A stretch of DNA of 64,000 bases from Candidatus Aenigmatarchaeota archaeon (GCA_963726265.1 CAVSBQ010000002.1:192001-256000); one strand, 5' to 3'; positions 18,850 to 29,401 are shown, counted from the stretch's first letter. The notes: generated by a model not told the origin, from the sequence alone. Program-made: numbers and translations.

Positions 18850-19416
18850 ATGAAGAGCGACATAGCGATACTGAAGCTCCTGCTCGGCAGGAAGGATGAG
18901 AAATTCACGATTAAAAAAATAGCCGAAGCCCTGAAAATCAACTACAGGATAGCTTATGAGCAGGCCATGGCGCTGGAGAAAGGAGGCCTGCTCAAAATCA
19001 CGAAAACGGGCAATTCCAACTTTTGCGAGTTCACGTATGCGTTTGACAGCAGGGTTTTCGAAGCGGAGTATGCAAGAAGGAAGGAGCTTCTGAAAAACAG
19101 AGACTTTCTTGTGCTCCATAACAGGCTGGCGGAGCTCAGGTTTCCTTTCATCGCCTTGCTGTTCGGCTCTCATGCAAAGGGGGTCGCTGACAAACATTCA
19201 GACATTGACATTCTAACGATTGGCGGGGATGCAAAGGAGATAAAGGCGGCAGTTTCGCTGCTGCCATACAAAATTCATCTGACATCCGTGGACTACGAAA
19301 ACTTCATCGCCATGGCAAAAAGCAGGGAATTCACGGTGGTGAGCGAAGCGCTCAAAAACAATGTTATATTAATCGGGATAGAAGAATATTACAGGTTGCT
19401 GTCAAATGCTGGATGA
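18850..19416 (+). CDS. wHTH-fused minimal nucleotidyltransferase (MNT antitoxin)
   Basis: N-terminal HTH (FTIKKIAEALKINY), LFGSHAKG...SDIDIL. Confidence 0.85.
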   Translation: MKSDIAILKLLLGRKDEKFTIKKIAEALKINYRIAYEQAMALEKGGLLKITKTGNSNFCEFTYAFDSRVFEAEYARRKELLKNRDFLVLHNRLAELRFPFIALLFGSHAKGVADKHSDIDILTIGGDAKEIKAAVSLLPYKIHLTSVDYENFIAMAKSREFTVVSEALKNNVILIGIEEYYRLLSNAG

Positions 19417-19939
19417 AAAGAGAGTGAAGGAAGCCGGAGATAATGTCAGGTCCTACCTGGAAGAAGGCCTGCTCAGAAAAACGGCCGTGAACAGGCAGGT
19501 AATGGACATTCTGATAAAAAACGCTAGGGAAAGCCTGAGGGTAGCGGAAGAAATCCGGCAAAAAAATCTGTCGGATTTGTGGGTTATCGTATGCTCGTAT
19601 TATGCAATGTTTTATTACGCAAATGCCGTTCTCCTGAAACTCGGCTACAAGATGGGGGACAAGATTGTCCACAAGGTGACTTCGGACTCGATGATTGTCT
19701 ATGTCAGAGGGAAGCTGAAGGAGTCTCTGATAGAAGATTACGAGCAGACAAAGGAAGAAGCGCTAAACCTTGCCGGCATGAAAGCGGACTCGCTGATTGA
19801 ATCATTCGAGTTTGAAAGGAACAAACGAAGATTAATCCAGTATAAAACCATAGAAGTCGAGAAGCAATCCAAAGCCAAAACGTCGCTGCAGAGAGCTAAG
19901 GAATTTGCAAAGGAAATGGATAAATTGCTTGCTGTATAA
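19406..19939 (+). CDS. HEPN-domain protein (putative toxin)
   Basis: SYYAMFY.A.AVL, H, ER.KR...QY; overlaps the MNT gene. Confidence 0.8.
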   Translation: MLDEKRVKEAGDNVRSYLEEGLLRKTAVNRQVMDILIKNARESLRVAEEIRQKNLSDLWVIVCSYYAMFYYANAVLLKLGYKMGDKIVHKVTSDSMIVYVRGKLKESLIEDYEQTKEEALNLAGMKADSLIESFEFERNKRRLIQYKTIEVEKQSKAKTSLQRAKEFAKEMDKLLAV

Positions 19940-19978
19940 ATTATGGCAACAATAATTATAATGAAGAATGGTGGCTGA

Positions 19979-21190
19979 ATGGGCTTGAACGTCGAAAAGA
20001 TACGGCAGGATTTCCCAATCCTGCAGAAGACTGTAAACAACAAGCCGATAATTTACCTAGATAATGCGTGTATGACCCTCCGTCCAGTGCAGGTCATCGA
20101 CAAGATAAGGGAATATTATCTCGAATACCCCGCCTGCGGAGAACGAAGTCTCCACAAGCTCGGCAGGCGCGTCGACGAGGAAATCGCCAAGGCAAAGGAG
20201 ACGCTGAAGAAGTTAATCAACGCGAAGGATGCGAAAGAGCTCGTTCTCACCAAGAACACGACCGAGGGCATAAACCTGGTCGCCAGTTCGTTTCCGCTCA
20301 AAGCGGGCGACATCGTGCTCGGCACGGACAAGGAGCATAACTCCAACCTGCTTCCCTGGCAGAAGCTCGCTGCAAAAGGCGTGGTTTACGATTATGTCGA
20401 AGCTGATGATGACGGCAGTTTTTCAATCGAGAACTTCAAACGGAAACTCAACAAAAAGGTCAGGCTTGTCGCAATGGTCATGACGTCCAACATGGACGGG
20501 ACCAGCACACCAGCGAAGGAAATCATAAAAATAGCGAAGGACAACGGCTCGCTCGTCATGCTCGACGCTGCGCAGGCGGTGCCGCACAAGGAAATCGACG
20601 TCAGAAAGCTCGACGCTGACTTCCTTGCCTTTTCAGGTCACAAGATGCTCGGCCCGACAGGAACGGGCATTCTATACGGCAAGGAGCGCGCGCTTGAAAT
20701 GCTTTCCCCTTTCATCGTCGGCGGCGGAACCGTCATCGACTCGACGCATACCACAGCGAAGTTCGAGGAGCCGCCCCACAAGTTCGAGGCAGGGCTTCAG
20801 AACTACGCTGGTTTAATCGGCCTCGGAGAGGCAGCGAACTACATAACGAGGATTGGCAGGGATAACGTGGAGAAACATGAAACCATGCTCAACAAGATCG
20901 TGACCGAAGGCCTCGCTGGCATGGTTGACGTGATCGGACCGAAAGACGCGGAAAAGCGCGGAGGCATCTTCAGCTTCAACTACCGCGGCGTCGATCCTCA
21001 CGAGATCGCGATGATGCTGGATCAGATGGAGAACATATGCGTCCGCTCGGGCGCGCACTGCGTCCACTCCTGGTTCAACGCGCACAACCTGCGCGGCAGC
21101 GTGCGCGCTTCTTTCTACCTCTACAACACGCCGGAAGAATGCAGACAGTTCGTTGAAACGCTCAAAATGGTAATGAAAATCGTGAAATAG
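19979..21190 (+). CDS. sufS: Cysteine desulfurase, SufS type
   Basis: IRQDFPIL, IYLDNA, EHNSN, SGHKMLGPTG, KFEAG, VRSGAHC, RASFYLYN. Confidence 0.92.
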   Translation: MGLNVEKIRQDFPILQKTVNNKPIIYLDNACMTLRPVQVIDKIREYYLEYPACGERSLHKLGRRVDEEIAKAKETLKKLINAKDAKELVLTKNTTEGINLVASSFPLKAGDIVLGTDKEHNSNLLPWQKLAAKGVVYDYVEADDDGSFSIENFKRKLNKKVRLVAMVMTSNMDGTSTPAKEIIKIAKDNGSLVMLDAAQAVPHKEIDVRKLDADFLAFSGHKMLGPTGTGILYGKERALEMLSPFIVGGGTVIDSTHTTAKFEEPPHKFEAGLQNYAGLIGLGEAANYITRIGRDNVEKHETMLNKIVTEGLAGMVDVIGPKDAEKRGGIFSFNYRGVDPHEIAMMLDQMENICVRSGAHCVHSWFNAHNLRGSVRASFYLYNTPEECRQFVETLKMVMKIVK

Positions 21191-21356
21191 CGAACGCCTG
21201 TCAAAACGATTTAAACTACGGAAACAAGATTTATTCAGGTAACCAAAATATGGAAACCCCTCCCGTGAAATACGTAAGGATATTGCTTAAATAGCGCAAA
21301 GGCAATTGCTGGTTTTGCGTTTTCGCGCAAAGGTATTTATATAACAGTGTTATATA

Positions 21357-22545
21357 ATGTCTATGAAAATTTCTCGTATTGTCTACCTGGACAACGGCAA
21401 GACGACGAAAGTCGACGCTGCTGTCCTCGAGGAGATGAAAAAATATTTTGTCCAGCATTACGGCTCGCCTTCAGCGACGGAATACGGCCATTCCTTCGGG
21501 CTGAAGACGAGGGAGGCGGTAGATAAGGCGAAAACGGTCATCGCGAAAAAAATCAACGCTGACCCCTCCGAAATCGTCTTCACCTCGGGCGAGGTCGAGA
21601 ATGACAACCTCGCGATAAAGGGCTTCTGCTTCGCGCAGGATCTGGGCAAAGGCAAAAACCGCATAATCACCACTAAAATCGAGCGCAAACCCGTTCTCGA
21701 CGTTTTCAAAATGCTCGAGTCCATGGGCTGCTACGAAGCCGTCTATGCGGACGTTGACGGTGAGGGCTTCGTGAAGATGGACGCACTGGAAAAGGCGATG
21801 AACGAGAAGACGCTGCTCGTCGCGGTGCAGCACGCAAATCAGGAAATCGGGACGCTCCAGGACATCGCGCGCATAGGCGGGCTGTGCAGGCGGAAGAACG
21901 CGATTTTTTACGTTGACGCGACGCAATCGTTCACGAAGGCGCCGATAGACGTAAAGAAGATGAACATCGATTTGCTTTCGGTTTCTTCGGACAAGATACA
22001 TGGGCCGAAGGGCGTGGGAGCGCTTTATGTCAGGAACGGCATACGCCTCCAGCGCCTGTTCGAGGGCGGAGAAGCGGACGAGGCAAGGCCGGCTGGGATT
22101 CCCAACGTGCCCGGCATAATGGGCTTCGCGAAGGCGGTCGGGCTCGCGAACGAGAAGCAGAACGCGCAGATGCTTAAGATGAGAGACTATCTCATAACGG
22201 AGCTGCTCAAAATACCCGACACGCGGCTGAACGGTCCGAGGAGCGAACGCCTCTGCAGCAGCGTCAACGTTTCGTTCAAGTTCATCGAGGGCGAAAGCCT
22301 GCTCATGCATCTAGACGCGAAAGGGATAGTCGCGACGACGGGCTCCGCATGCTTCAGCATCGAACCTCCAGCCCAGCCATGTCATACTCGCGCTCGGCCT
22401 GGCGCACGAGGACGCGCACGGCTCGCTGCGGTTGACGCTATCGAAGTTCAACACCATGCAGGAAATGCGCTACGTCGTGGCTTCGGCGAAGGAAATGGTC
22501 ATGCGCCTGCGCGAGATAAGCCCGTTCAGCGCAACTAAAGGATAG
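21357..22545 (+). CDS. iscS: Cysteine desulfurase, IscS/NifS type (frameshift near 22360)
   Basis: NQEIGTLQ, KIHGPKGVGALY, EGESLL, GSAC; after the shift PSHVILALG...GSLRLTL...LREISP. Confidence 0.85.
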
Positions 22546-22588
22546 ATAAAAATAAAGCCAATAATAGTATAATGGCAAGGTTTTTCTT

Positions 22589-23641
22589 ATGAAAAATTCG
22601 AAGGGGAAGGAACATGCGTGTGCTGCCTGCGCCGCTGAAGCGAAAAAATGGTATAAGGAAAGGGTATTCATAATTTTAGCGTTCGCGGCGGCCTTGCTGG
22701 CTGCGGCTTACGCGTTCGAAGCGACAAGGCCGTTCACCGTCGCCTTCTTCGACTACATCGGGATGATATGGTGGGCGCTGCTGCTGGGCTTCCTGCTCGG
22801 CGGCCTGATCGAATACTACGTACCGAAGGAATACATCCAGAAATATTTTTCAGTCCACAAGAAGAGGACGATATTCTACTCGGTCGGCCTGGGATTCCTG
22901 ATGTCTGCCTGTTCGCATGGCATACTGGCGATATCCATGGAGCTTTACAGGAAGGGCGCTTCGACGGCGTCTGTAATCGCGTTCCTGCTCGCTTCGCCGT
23001 GGGCCAACCTTCCCGTCACCATCCTGCTGTTCGGCTTCTTCGGGCTCAAGGCCCTTTACATCGTGATATCCGCGATAATAATAGCGATAATAACCGGCCT
23101 TATTTACCAGGTCCTGGACAGGAGATGCATAATCGAATGCAAGAGCCACAACCTGAAGGTCGACGAGAAGTTCTCGGTCAGAGGCGATATAAGCAGGAGA
23201 TTCGGAGGCTACAAGTTCACCGCGGCCAACCTGAAAACCGACTTCAAAGGGGTCATGAAAGGCTCGTGGGCGCTCACCAAAATGATCATGTGGTGGATAA
23301 TACTGGGCATGCTCATGGCCAGCTTCGCGCGCGCGTTCGTGACGCACGAGCTGTTCATGATGTATCTCGGCCCGACCGTTCTCGGCATGGCCTTGACGCT
23401 TGTCGTGGCGGCGGTGATAGAAGTATGCTCCGAAGGCTCGTCGCCGCTCGCCTTCGAGATATTCAAGCAAACAGGCGCCTTCGGCAACGCCTTCGTCTTC
23501 CTGAACGGGGGCGTCGCCACGGACTACACTGAAATCGGCATCATATGGTCCAACATAGGGAAGCGCGCGGCCATTCTGCTGCCCATAATCACGGTGCCGC
23601 AGATACTGCTTCTCGGATACGTGTTCAACGTGTTTTTATAG
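22589..23641 (+). CDS. Permease (ArsP/DUF318 family)
   Basis: SACSHG, AFLLASP, EVCSEGS; multiple TM helices. Confidence 0.82.
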   Translation: MKNSKGKEHACAACAAEAKKWYKERVFIILAFAAALLAAAYAFEATRPFTVAFFDYIGMIWWALLLGFLLGGLIEYYVPKEYIQKYFSVHKKRTIFYSVGLGFLMSACSHGILAISMELYRKGASTASVIAFLLASPWANLPVTILLFGFFGLKALYIVISAIIIAIITGLIYQVLDRRCIIECKSHNLKVDEKFSVRGDISRRFGGYKFTAANLKTDFKGVMKGSWALTKMIMWWIILGMLMASFARAFVTHELFMMYLGPTVLGMALTLVVAAVIEVCSEGSSPLAFEIFKQTGAFGNAFVFLNGGVATDYTEIGIIWSNIGKRAAILLPIITVPQILLLGYVFNVFL

Positions 23642-23739
23642 AACTTTTTATAGAGCCTTTTGCTATGCTGCAGCGCACCAAAGAAAGCTTTATAAAGCCA
23701 ATTATTTAACACTTATTAGTAGTAATTATTTAATAATAA

Positions 23740-24123
23740 GTGGCTCTTATGAAGAAAGGAACTGACATGATGATAGCAAGCGGGGTTCTGATGTGCGCAG
23801 TTATAGCCACGCTTTTTTATTCCATAAACCAGCCGACCGGCTACATGAGCGCGGCGCCTGCGGATGAAAGGACGGATGCGTTCGTCAGCTGCGTTTACGA
23901 GAGCGGCGCGACGCTTTACCTTTCGGACAGCTGCGGCCCGGAGTGCGAAGAGCAGAAGGCGCTTTTCGGCGACAGCTTCGGGACAGTGAAAATCATTTTC
24001 TGCGAAGGCGCATGCGCCAGGAGCGACGTGACGAAATTCCCCACGTGGATGATAGACGGCGGGAAATACGAGGGCGTTCTCTCCCTGGATGAGCTGGGCC
24101 AGCTGACGGGCTGCAAATTGTAA
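23740..24123 (+). CDS. Membrane-anchored thioredoxin-like protein
   Basis: CGPECEEQKALFG, FPTW.IDG..Y.GV.SL.EL..LTGC. Confidence 0.7.
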   Translation: MALMKKGTDMMIASGVLMCAVIATLFYSINQPTGYMSAAPADERTDAFVSCVYESGATLYLSDSCGPECEEQKALFGDSFGTVKIIFCEGACARSDVTKFPTWMIDGGKYEGVLSLDELGQLTGCKL

Positions 24124-24186
24124 GCCGGCGCATGCCTGCATCCTGCTTTTTCCAGACATTTATTAATTTGTCGGACAATTATTCTT

Positions 24187-24585
24187 ATGGTCAAAAGCTA
24201 CGCGCGCGGCAGGCGCTTCGAATACCACGTCGTCGACAAGCTTGCGAAAAGCGGCATAAATAGCAGGCGCATCATCCTTTCGGGCCGCCAGCCGGCATGG
24301 GGCCAGCAGCCGGTTTCTGACATTCCCAACTGCGACATAATCGTCGAGGGAAAATTCAAGGGCAAGGCCAAGACGACGAAGGCGAAGAAATACGTCTCGT
24401 TCCCGGAGAAGGAGATACTCGAGCTCGAGAAAGGCGACATAAACTTCCTTGTTTTCAATTATTCGAGAACGAATCCGTTCGTCGTGATACGCTTCGAGGA
24501 TTTCGTCGAGCTGGTGAAGATGTGGAAAGAGAAAGACAAAGCCGGGACCACCCAGGCTAGTCAACCTTCTTCTCAATCTCCATGA
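24187..24585 (+). CDS. hjc: Holliday junction resolvase-like PD-(D/E)xK nuclease
   Basis: SYARGRRFEY.V...L, R..LSG, VEGK. Confidence 0.6.
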   Translation: MVKSYARGRRFEYHVVDKLAKSGINSRRIILSGRQPAWGQQPVSDIPNCDIIVEGKFKGKAKTTKAKKYVSFPEKEILELEKGDINFLVFNYSRTNPFVVIRFEDFVELVKMWKEKDKAGTTQASQPSSQSP

Positions 24586-25297
24586 TCCTTCTGAGATAGT
24601 CCTCCTTCAGCATGCCCAAGGATTCTGACATCGCCTTCTCCTTCGGGTCGGCGCATTCCCTCATCCTGGCAAGCATCCTGTTTATGTCAACCACATGATT
24701 CTCGCATATGGCCGTTTCCAGCCTGCGCACATACGGAACCGGGTACGCCTTGTGCGCCCATATGTCGTCAAGCATCCCGTCCGTCTTCGGGTCGCTGCCT
24801 ACCACGTATTCGTCGACATCGACCGTGAAGGCGTATTTTTTCGCCAGCTTCTTCGCCTTCCCCAGGATGTAGAAGTTGTAAATCTCGAAAAACCTGGACA
24901 CGACCCTGAATCTGCTTATCACGAAACCGATGACTATCACGAAGAATATGTAGTAGTTTATGAACAGGAACGAGTATATCAGCGCAACGAGCGACGGCAG
25001 TATCCATACGAGAAAGAAGGTCGAGCCCAGGGTCCACAGCGCAAGCACCAGGTAAGGGACTAAATAAACCCTTATGACCCTTATGGGCTGGGCAATCTCC
25101 CTGTAGTTCCTGAAGAAATAATGCGCGACAACGAGGCTGGAAGCGCAGTAAAAGATGCTGAGCCCGAAGAAGCTGAAGGACTCGAATTTCGCGAAGTCGA
25201 AGAAGAATATCCCTGCCGCGAGCGAGAAGACGGCCATGGAGAAAAAAAGATAATGAAATGTTTTCAGGTAATATATACTCACGTAAATTCTTTGCAT
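24557..25297 (-). CDS. Hypothetical membrane protein
   Basis: Four TM helices and a soluble C-terminus. Confidence 0.7.
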   Translation of the reverse strand: MQRIYVSIYYLKTFHYLFFSMAVFSLAAGIFFFDFAKFESFSFFGLSIFYCASSLVVAHYFFRNYREIAQPIRVIRVYLVPYLVLALWTLGSTFFLVWILPSLVALIYSFLFINYYIFFVIVIGFVISRFRVVSRFFEIYNFYILGKAKKLAKKYAFTVDVDEYVVGSDPKTDGMLDDIWAHKAYPVPYVRRLETAICENHVVDINRMLARMRECADPKEKAMSESLGMLKEDYLRRIMEIEKKVD

Positions 25298-25306
25298 GGC
25301 AACCCT

Positions 25307-25816
25307 TCATCCTCCGCCGAAGACGGCGAGGACCCACTGCATCCCGTAATAGCCGCCCAATGCAAGGGAAAGATTGAGGATGAGCTTTCCCGCAAGAGAG
25401 GCGATGAAAAACTTGCGTATGTCGTATTTTATCGCGCCGCAGAATATGCCTACCACGTCGTCCGGGAGCGGCGTCGCGGCGAATATCACTATGACCGTGA
25501 ACGCCCTGTATTTCTCCATCCACGCGTTCGCCCTCTTCAGCCATTTGTCGTGCTTCTTCTCAAGCGCCTTCTTGCCAGCGAGGCCTATGCCATACCCCGT
25601 GAGCTCGCCGAGAGCGCAGCCCAGCGCAGCGGAAACGCCGACCAGCCAGGGATTTAGGACCGCGCCAAAGGTGAAGACGATTATGAACGAGGGGAAGGGC
25701 AAGATGACCGTCGCCGAGCCGATTAGGTTTATTATGAATATGCCCAGATAGCCCCACGCGGAGGCGACGGAACTGGACCATGCGGAAAACGCGGCGAGGA
25801 GCGAAGCGAAATCCAT
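25307..25816 (-). CDS. DedA/VTT-domain membrane protein
   Basis: GCALGELTGY.IG, FAATPLPDDVVG. Confidence 0.85.
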   Translation of the reverse strand: MDFASLLAAFSAWSSSVASAWGYLGIFIINLIGSATVILPFPSFIIVFTFGAVLNPWLVGVSAALGCALGELTGYGIGLAGKKALEKKHDKWLKRANAWMEKYRAFTVIVIFAATPLPDDVVGIFCGAIKYDIRKFFIASLAGKLILNLSLALGGYYGMQWVLAVFGGG

Positions 25817-25849
25817 GTAAAATATTTATCCTGAAGTTAATATAATACA

Positions 25850-26122
25850 ATGAGCTACGGCAAGTCGCCCTGGATAGCGGCCTTCATGAACTTCGTGGTC
25901 TGGGGTTCGGGCTACATATACATAAGGCACAGGATGGTGCTTGGCGCGGGCCTGCTGCTGGTCATGTTTTTCAACGTGTCGATACTGCTGACCATCCCGG
26001 ACGTCATTATTCTCAGCAGCTCGGAGCTTTTCTTCCTATGGATTTCCTTTTTCTGGGTCGCCCTGAGCGTGCTTTTCGCGATAGACGTATACAGGGAAAC
26101 GCAGGAGCTTAACAGGATTTGA
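25850..26122 (+). CDS. Small membrane protein
   Basis: KSPWIAAFMNFVVWGSGYIY motif. Confidence 0.7.
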   Translation: MSYGKSPWIAAFMNFVVWGSGYIYIRHRMVLGAGLLLVMFFNVSILLTIPDVIILSSSELFFLWISFFWVALSVLFAIDVYRETQELNRI

Positions 26123-26419
26123 AAGCGGCGAGGGGGAATGCGAATTTTCTGCCCAATATTTATATGAATATACTATTCCAGGCTACCCCGTCCGGACCCA
26201 CCCCCCTTCCCGGAACATTAACCGTTTGTTGGAACGACCTGAAAATCAACTAATTTTTTACACGGATGTCCTATTTATTCGGTGCATTAAGCAGTTCGCT
26301 GAACGTCATCCTGTCCGGCAGAATCCATGTTATCATTTTTGAGCAGAACGGGGTCGTTTTAACCTATATAAAGTTTCGGCCCGAAAAAATATTTATCGCG
26401 TCACTGCAGCAGGTGCAAA

Positions 26420-26563
26420 ATGGACAAATGGAAATGCAGACGGTGCAATTACATTTTCGTGGGGAACGAAACGCCCAGGATGTGCCCCAACTGCGGTCAC
26501 AAGACGGAGTTCGACCTTTTCGTCGACATGCTGCCGCCTTTCTCGGAATTATACGACGAATAG
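26420..26563 (+). CDS. Rubredoxin-like 47-aa protein (absent from the ORF track)
   Basis: MDKWKCRRCNYIFVGNETPRMCPNCGHKTEF...; AGGTG RBS. Confidence 0.75.
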   Translation: MDKWKCRRCNYIFVGNETPRMCPNCGHKTEFDLFVDMLPPFSELYDE

Positions 26564-26627
26564 AGGCATTTCTGCAGTAAAAATCAAAGCACGAAAGAAA
26601 ATATAATTTCATTTATGTTTGCTGTGT

Positions 26628-27860
26628 TTAGCCGCACTGCGAAGCCGAACCGCTGCTGGCTGATCCGGATCCAATCGGGCCCAGTCCGGCGGCTTCCGCG
26701 GACGCGCTCAGCTGCGTGTTGCATTCCGCTGGCGGCGTGTTGAAGGCGGCGCATATGGCCTGCTTTATGGCTTCGGGCGATCTGTTGACGCTGACCTCAG
26801 CGCCGTTAAGTATGAACGTCGGCGAGCCGCCGACTCCGTATTGCTCGGCCAGTGCCGCTTCGACCGGGTATGCCGGGTAATTGCCCGTGCTCTCGTTGAA
26901 GGTCTTCCTCACCTGATATTGGGCATCCACAGCGTTGAAGCAGGTGTCAAGCTTCGTGCTGTCCACGCCCGCCACGCCGATGCATCTGGTGGCGTTGCCG
27001 TCCTCGACGAAGCACCTGAGATACTGCGTGAACTTGTCTTTCTGCTCCTTCTGGATGCAATACATCCTCGTGTTCTCAAGCATTTCCTTCTCGCCGTGCA
27101 TCGTGTATTGCACGAAGTTAACCTGGATGTCTGCCTTGCTGCCGAGCAACTCTATCACGGGAACGTATGCCTTCATGAACTGGAGGCCATAAGGACAATA
27201 TGACATTACGAAAGCATTAGCCACTGGCTTGTCGCTCTTCGTGACCTCGGGTGTCGTTTGAGGCTGCGTGATGTCCGCGGGCTGGAGCGTCTTGGCCTGG
27301 TTGCATATGTCCGTGTTCTTGGTGATGAGGCACACCTGCGTCTTGAGCGTGTATTCGCTGTCCATGCCTGTTATGGTGGAAACGTTCTGGTAGACGAGGA
27401 ATATGCCCGGGGTCTGCAGCTGCTGGCTGTAGCCCGTCTTCACGAAGGGGATGTTGAGCGTCTTTGCGACCTCCTTCGCAATGGGCTCCAGTTGGGTGCA
27501 ATTAGCGCAGCCCGGAGGTGAAATGAAAATGAGCTGGTCAGTGGTTTTCGCCATGCCGAAGCCTGCGAGCGAAGTCACCAGAAACCCGGCCGCGAAAAAG
27601 ACCGCGGCTATCGCAACAAGAGTAACGTATTTCATTGCCTTCGGGCTCAGCTTCACCGTTTTCTCATGATGTTCTGCGTGGTGCTCCGAATGCTCGGCAT
27701 GCTCGTGGTGTTCTGCATGGGCATGTTCGGCATGGGCGGCATGCTCGTTGTGCTCGTGATGAGCGTGCTCGTCATTGGCATGGTGCTCCGAATGCTCGGG
27801 ATGCTCAGAATGTTCGGAGTGCGCAGAACCTTCAACTTCGTTGTGGCGTCTCTTTGACAT
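26628..27860 (-). CDS. Membrane-anchored double thioredoxin/DsbA-like protein with His-rich N-terminus
   Basis: His/Glu repeats, one TM, CANC, FVMSYCPYG, GVGGSPTFILNG. Confidence 0.85.
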   Translation of the reverse strand: MSKRRHNEVEGSAHSEHSEHPEHSEHHANDEHAHHEHNEHAAHAEHAHAEHHEHAEHSEHHAEHHEKTVKLSPKAMKYVTLVAIAAVFFAAGFLVTSLAGFGMAKTTDQLIFISPPGCANCTQLEPIAKEVAKTLNIPFVKTGYSQQLQTPGIFLVYQNVSTITGMDSEYTLKTQVCLITKNTDICNQAKTLQPADITQPQTTPEVTKSDKPVANAFVMSYCPYGLQFMKAYVPVIELLGSKADIQVNFVQYTMHGEKEMLENTRMYCIQKEQKDKFTQYLRCFVEDGNATRCIGVAGVDSTKLDTCFNAVDAQYQVRKTFNESTGNYPAYPVEAALAEQYGVGGSPTFILNGAEVSVNRSPEAIKQAICAAFNTPPAECNTQLSASAEAAGLGPIGSGSASSGSASQCG

Positions 27861-27990
27861 AGACTTAATTTTGGCTTTGATATTTAAATACTTGACGATT
27901 TGCTGCGGCTTTTCCCTGCTTTCCTTTCTGTTAAATTTGAACGCACTCGTCAGTAGTAACATTTATAAATATTCATTCCAATTCTATTTC

Positions 27991-28380
27991 ATGGGACTTG
28001 AATATTCAGCGAAGGAAAAATATCTGGGCGACCCAAACGACGTAATCATAGTCTTCAGAACACGTGGCGAAGTTAATTCACCAGACGGAGTTAATTTACC
28101 AGGCGGATATCATTGCGCCTTCAGGACTTTAGACACAAAAGCCTTTGACGCTACCTTAGAAATGCTGAGAGGACGAGGAATTCAGATAATCGATGCATTA
28201 ACCTCTCCCAACCGCGAAGCGCTCGATTTCGTTGATAAAGCTGTCCAAAAATATTCAAAAAGATTAAGGGACGCCATTAAAGATTCAGCACCCTCATCTA
28301 AAATTAGAGAAATGGATGACGGGCTGGAAAAAGAACTGACAACAGAACTTCATGAGTCTTCTTGCAAAGTTACTGGCTGA
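27991..28380 (+). CDS. Hypothetical protein
   Basis: TTTATAAA box upstream of the ATG; AT-rich ORF. Confidence 0.55.
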   Translation: MGLEYSAKEKYLGDPNDVIIVFRTRGEVNSPDGVNLPGGYHCAFRTLDTKAFDATLEMLRGRGIQIIDALTSPNREALDFVDKAVQKYSKRLRDAIKDSAPSSKIREMDDGLEKELTTELHESSCKVTG

Positions 28381-28801
28381 AATACTTCCCGGCTTCCTCA
28401 GCGGTCATGTAGCTGAATTTTATGACGTCGCCGCTGACGGGATAGTAATAGTCGCATGCTACTGATGGCAGCTTGTCGTTGACGAGGAAAATCCACGTGT
28501 GCTCGCTGTCCTCCTTTATGCCGTTTATGCTCGTTATTTTAACGCTCGGTGCTACCATCCTATAGTCCGGGGTCGCCACCCTCTTGAGCGCGTCGAAGGC
28601 GGTTTCCATCCTGTTCAGCGTGACCTGATACGTTGAAGCCTTTGAGCCGTCGTCTATGACGACCTGGATGCCCTGGCTAGTCTGGCCTGCTGCGGCCGCG
28701 CCGCCGGTGATAGCAAAACCAGTGAACTGCGCAAGCTGTACGCCTGCTCCTATAACCAGAAGAACGGCCATTGCGGCCAGCACCAAAAACTTTGAGTTCA
28801 T
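28370..28801 (-). CDS. DUF4430 / transcobalamin-C-like beta-grasp surface protein
   Basis: TAFDALK, ITSINGI, WIFLVNDK, GDVIKFSY; N-terminal TM. Confidence 0.75.
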   Translation of the reverse strand: MNSKFLVLAAMAVLLVIGAGVQLAQFTGFAITGGAAAAGQTSQGIQVVIDDGSKASTYQVTLNRMETAFDALKRVATPDYRMVAPSVKITSINGIKEDSEHTWIFLVNDKLPSVACDYYYPVSGDVIKFSYMTAEEAGKYFSQ

Positions 28802-28890
28802 AGAGGAAGGCCCCTGTTTAGTTCTGGTATTTTATCTTTAAATCCGTATGTCACCGGAGAAAAACCTGAGCTGCCAATCGCTTATGCCGT

Positions 28891-29401
28891 CTATCTGTCT
28901 TTCCTTTTGCCCGTGATTTTCCTCTGGCCGGAATATTTGCCCGCGTAGCCTTCGCTCTCGCTGTCCAGCCTCATGAGTATCAGCTGGGCGAATCTCGTGC
29001 CCTTCTTTATTTTCACCGGGCAGCTGTTCGAGTTGAAAACGCTGAGCGTGAGCGTCCCCTTGAAGCCGGGGTCGACCCAGCCCGCGTTGTTGAAGATGAC
29101 GCCGATGCGAGAAAGAGAGCTGCGCAGCTTGGTCATGCCTCCGACGTCGTTCGGCAGTTCGACGTATTCGATGCTTCTGACCAGGACGTGCGTTTTTGGC
29201 GGAAGGACGAGCTCGCCGCCCTTTATCTTATCATATGCCTGCTCCGCGTCGAAATCGATCTCCTTCCCCTTTCAGAATGAGCATTTCGCCGGCAAGCCGC
29301 AGGTCGACCGAAGCGGGCTGGATCTGTTTCTGCTCCAGCGGCTCGATGACCAGCCTGCGCGAGCGCAGGAGCCTCTTTATGGTTTTTCCTGAAAGAATCA
29401 T
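28891..29401 (-). CDS. dcd: dCTP deaminase (frameshift near 29270)
   Basis: QIQPASVDLRL in one frame; RSSLSRIG, AGWVDPGFKGTLTL, RFAQL, YAGKYSGQ in another. Confidence 0.85.

Noticed and set aside
26185..26212. G-rich run on the minus strand (possible G-quadruplex or ncRNA)
   Set aside because: Single occurrence with no supporting structure or recognisable family
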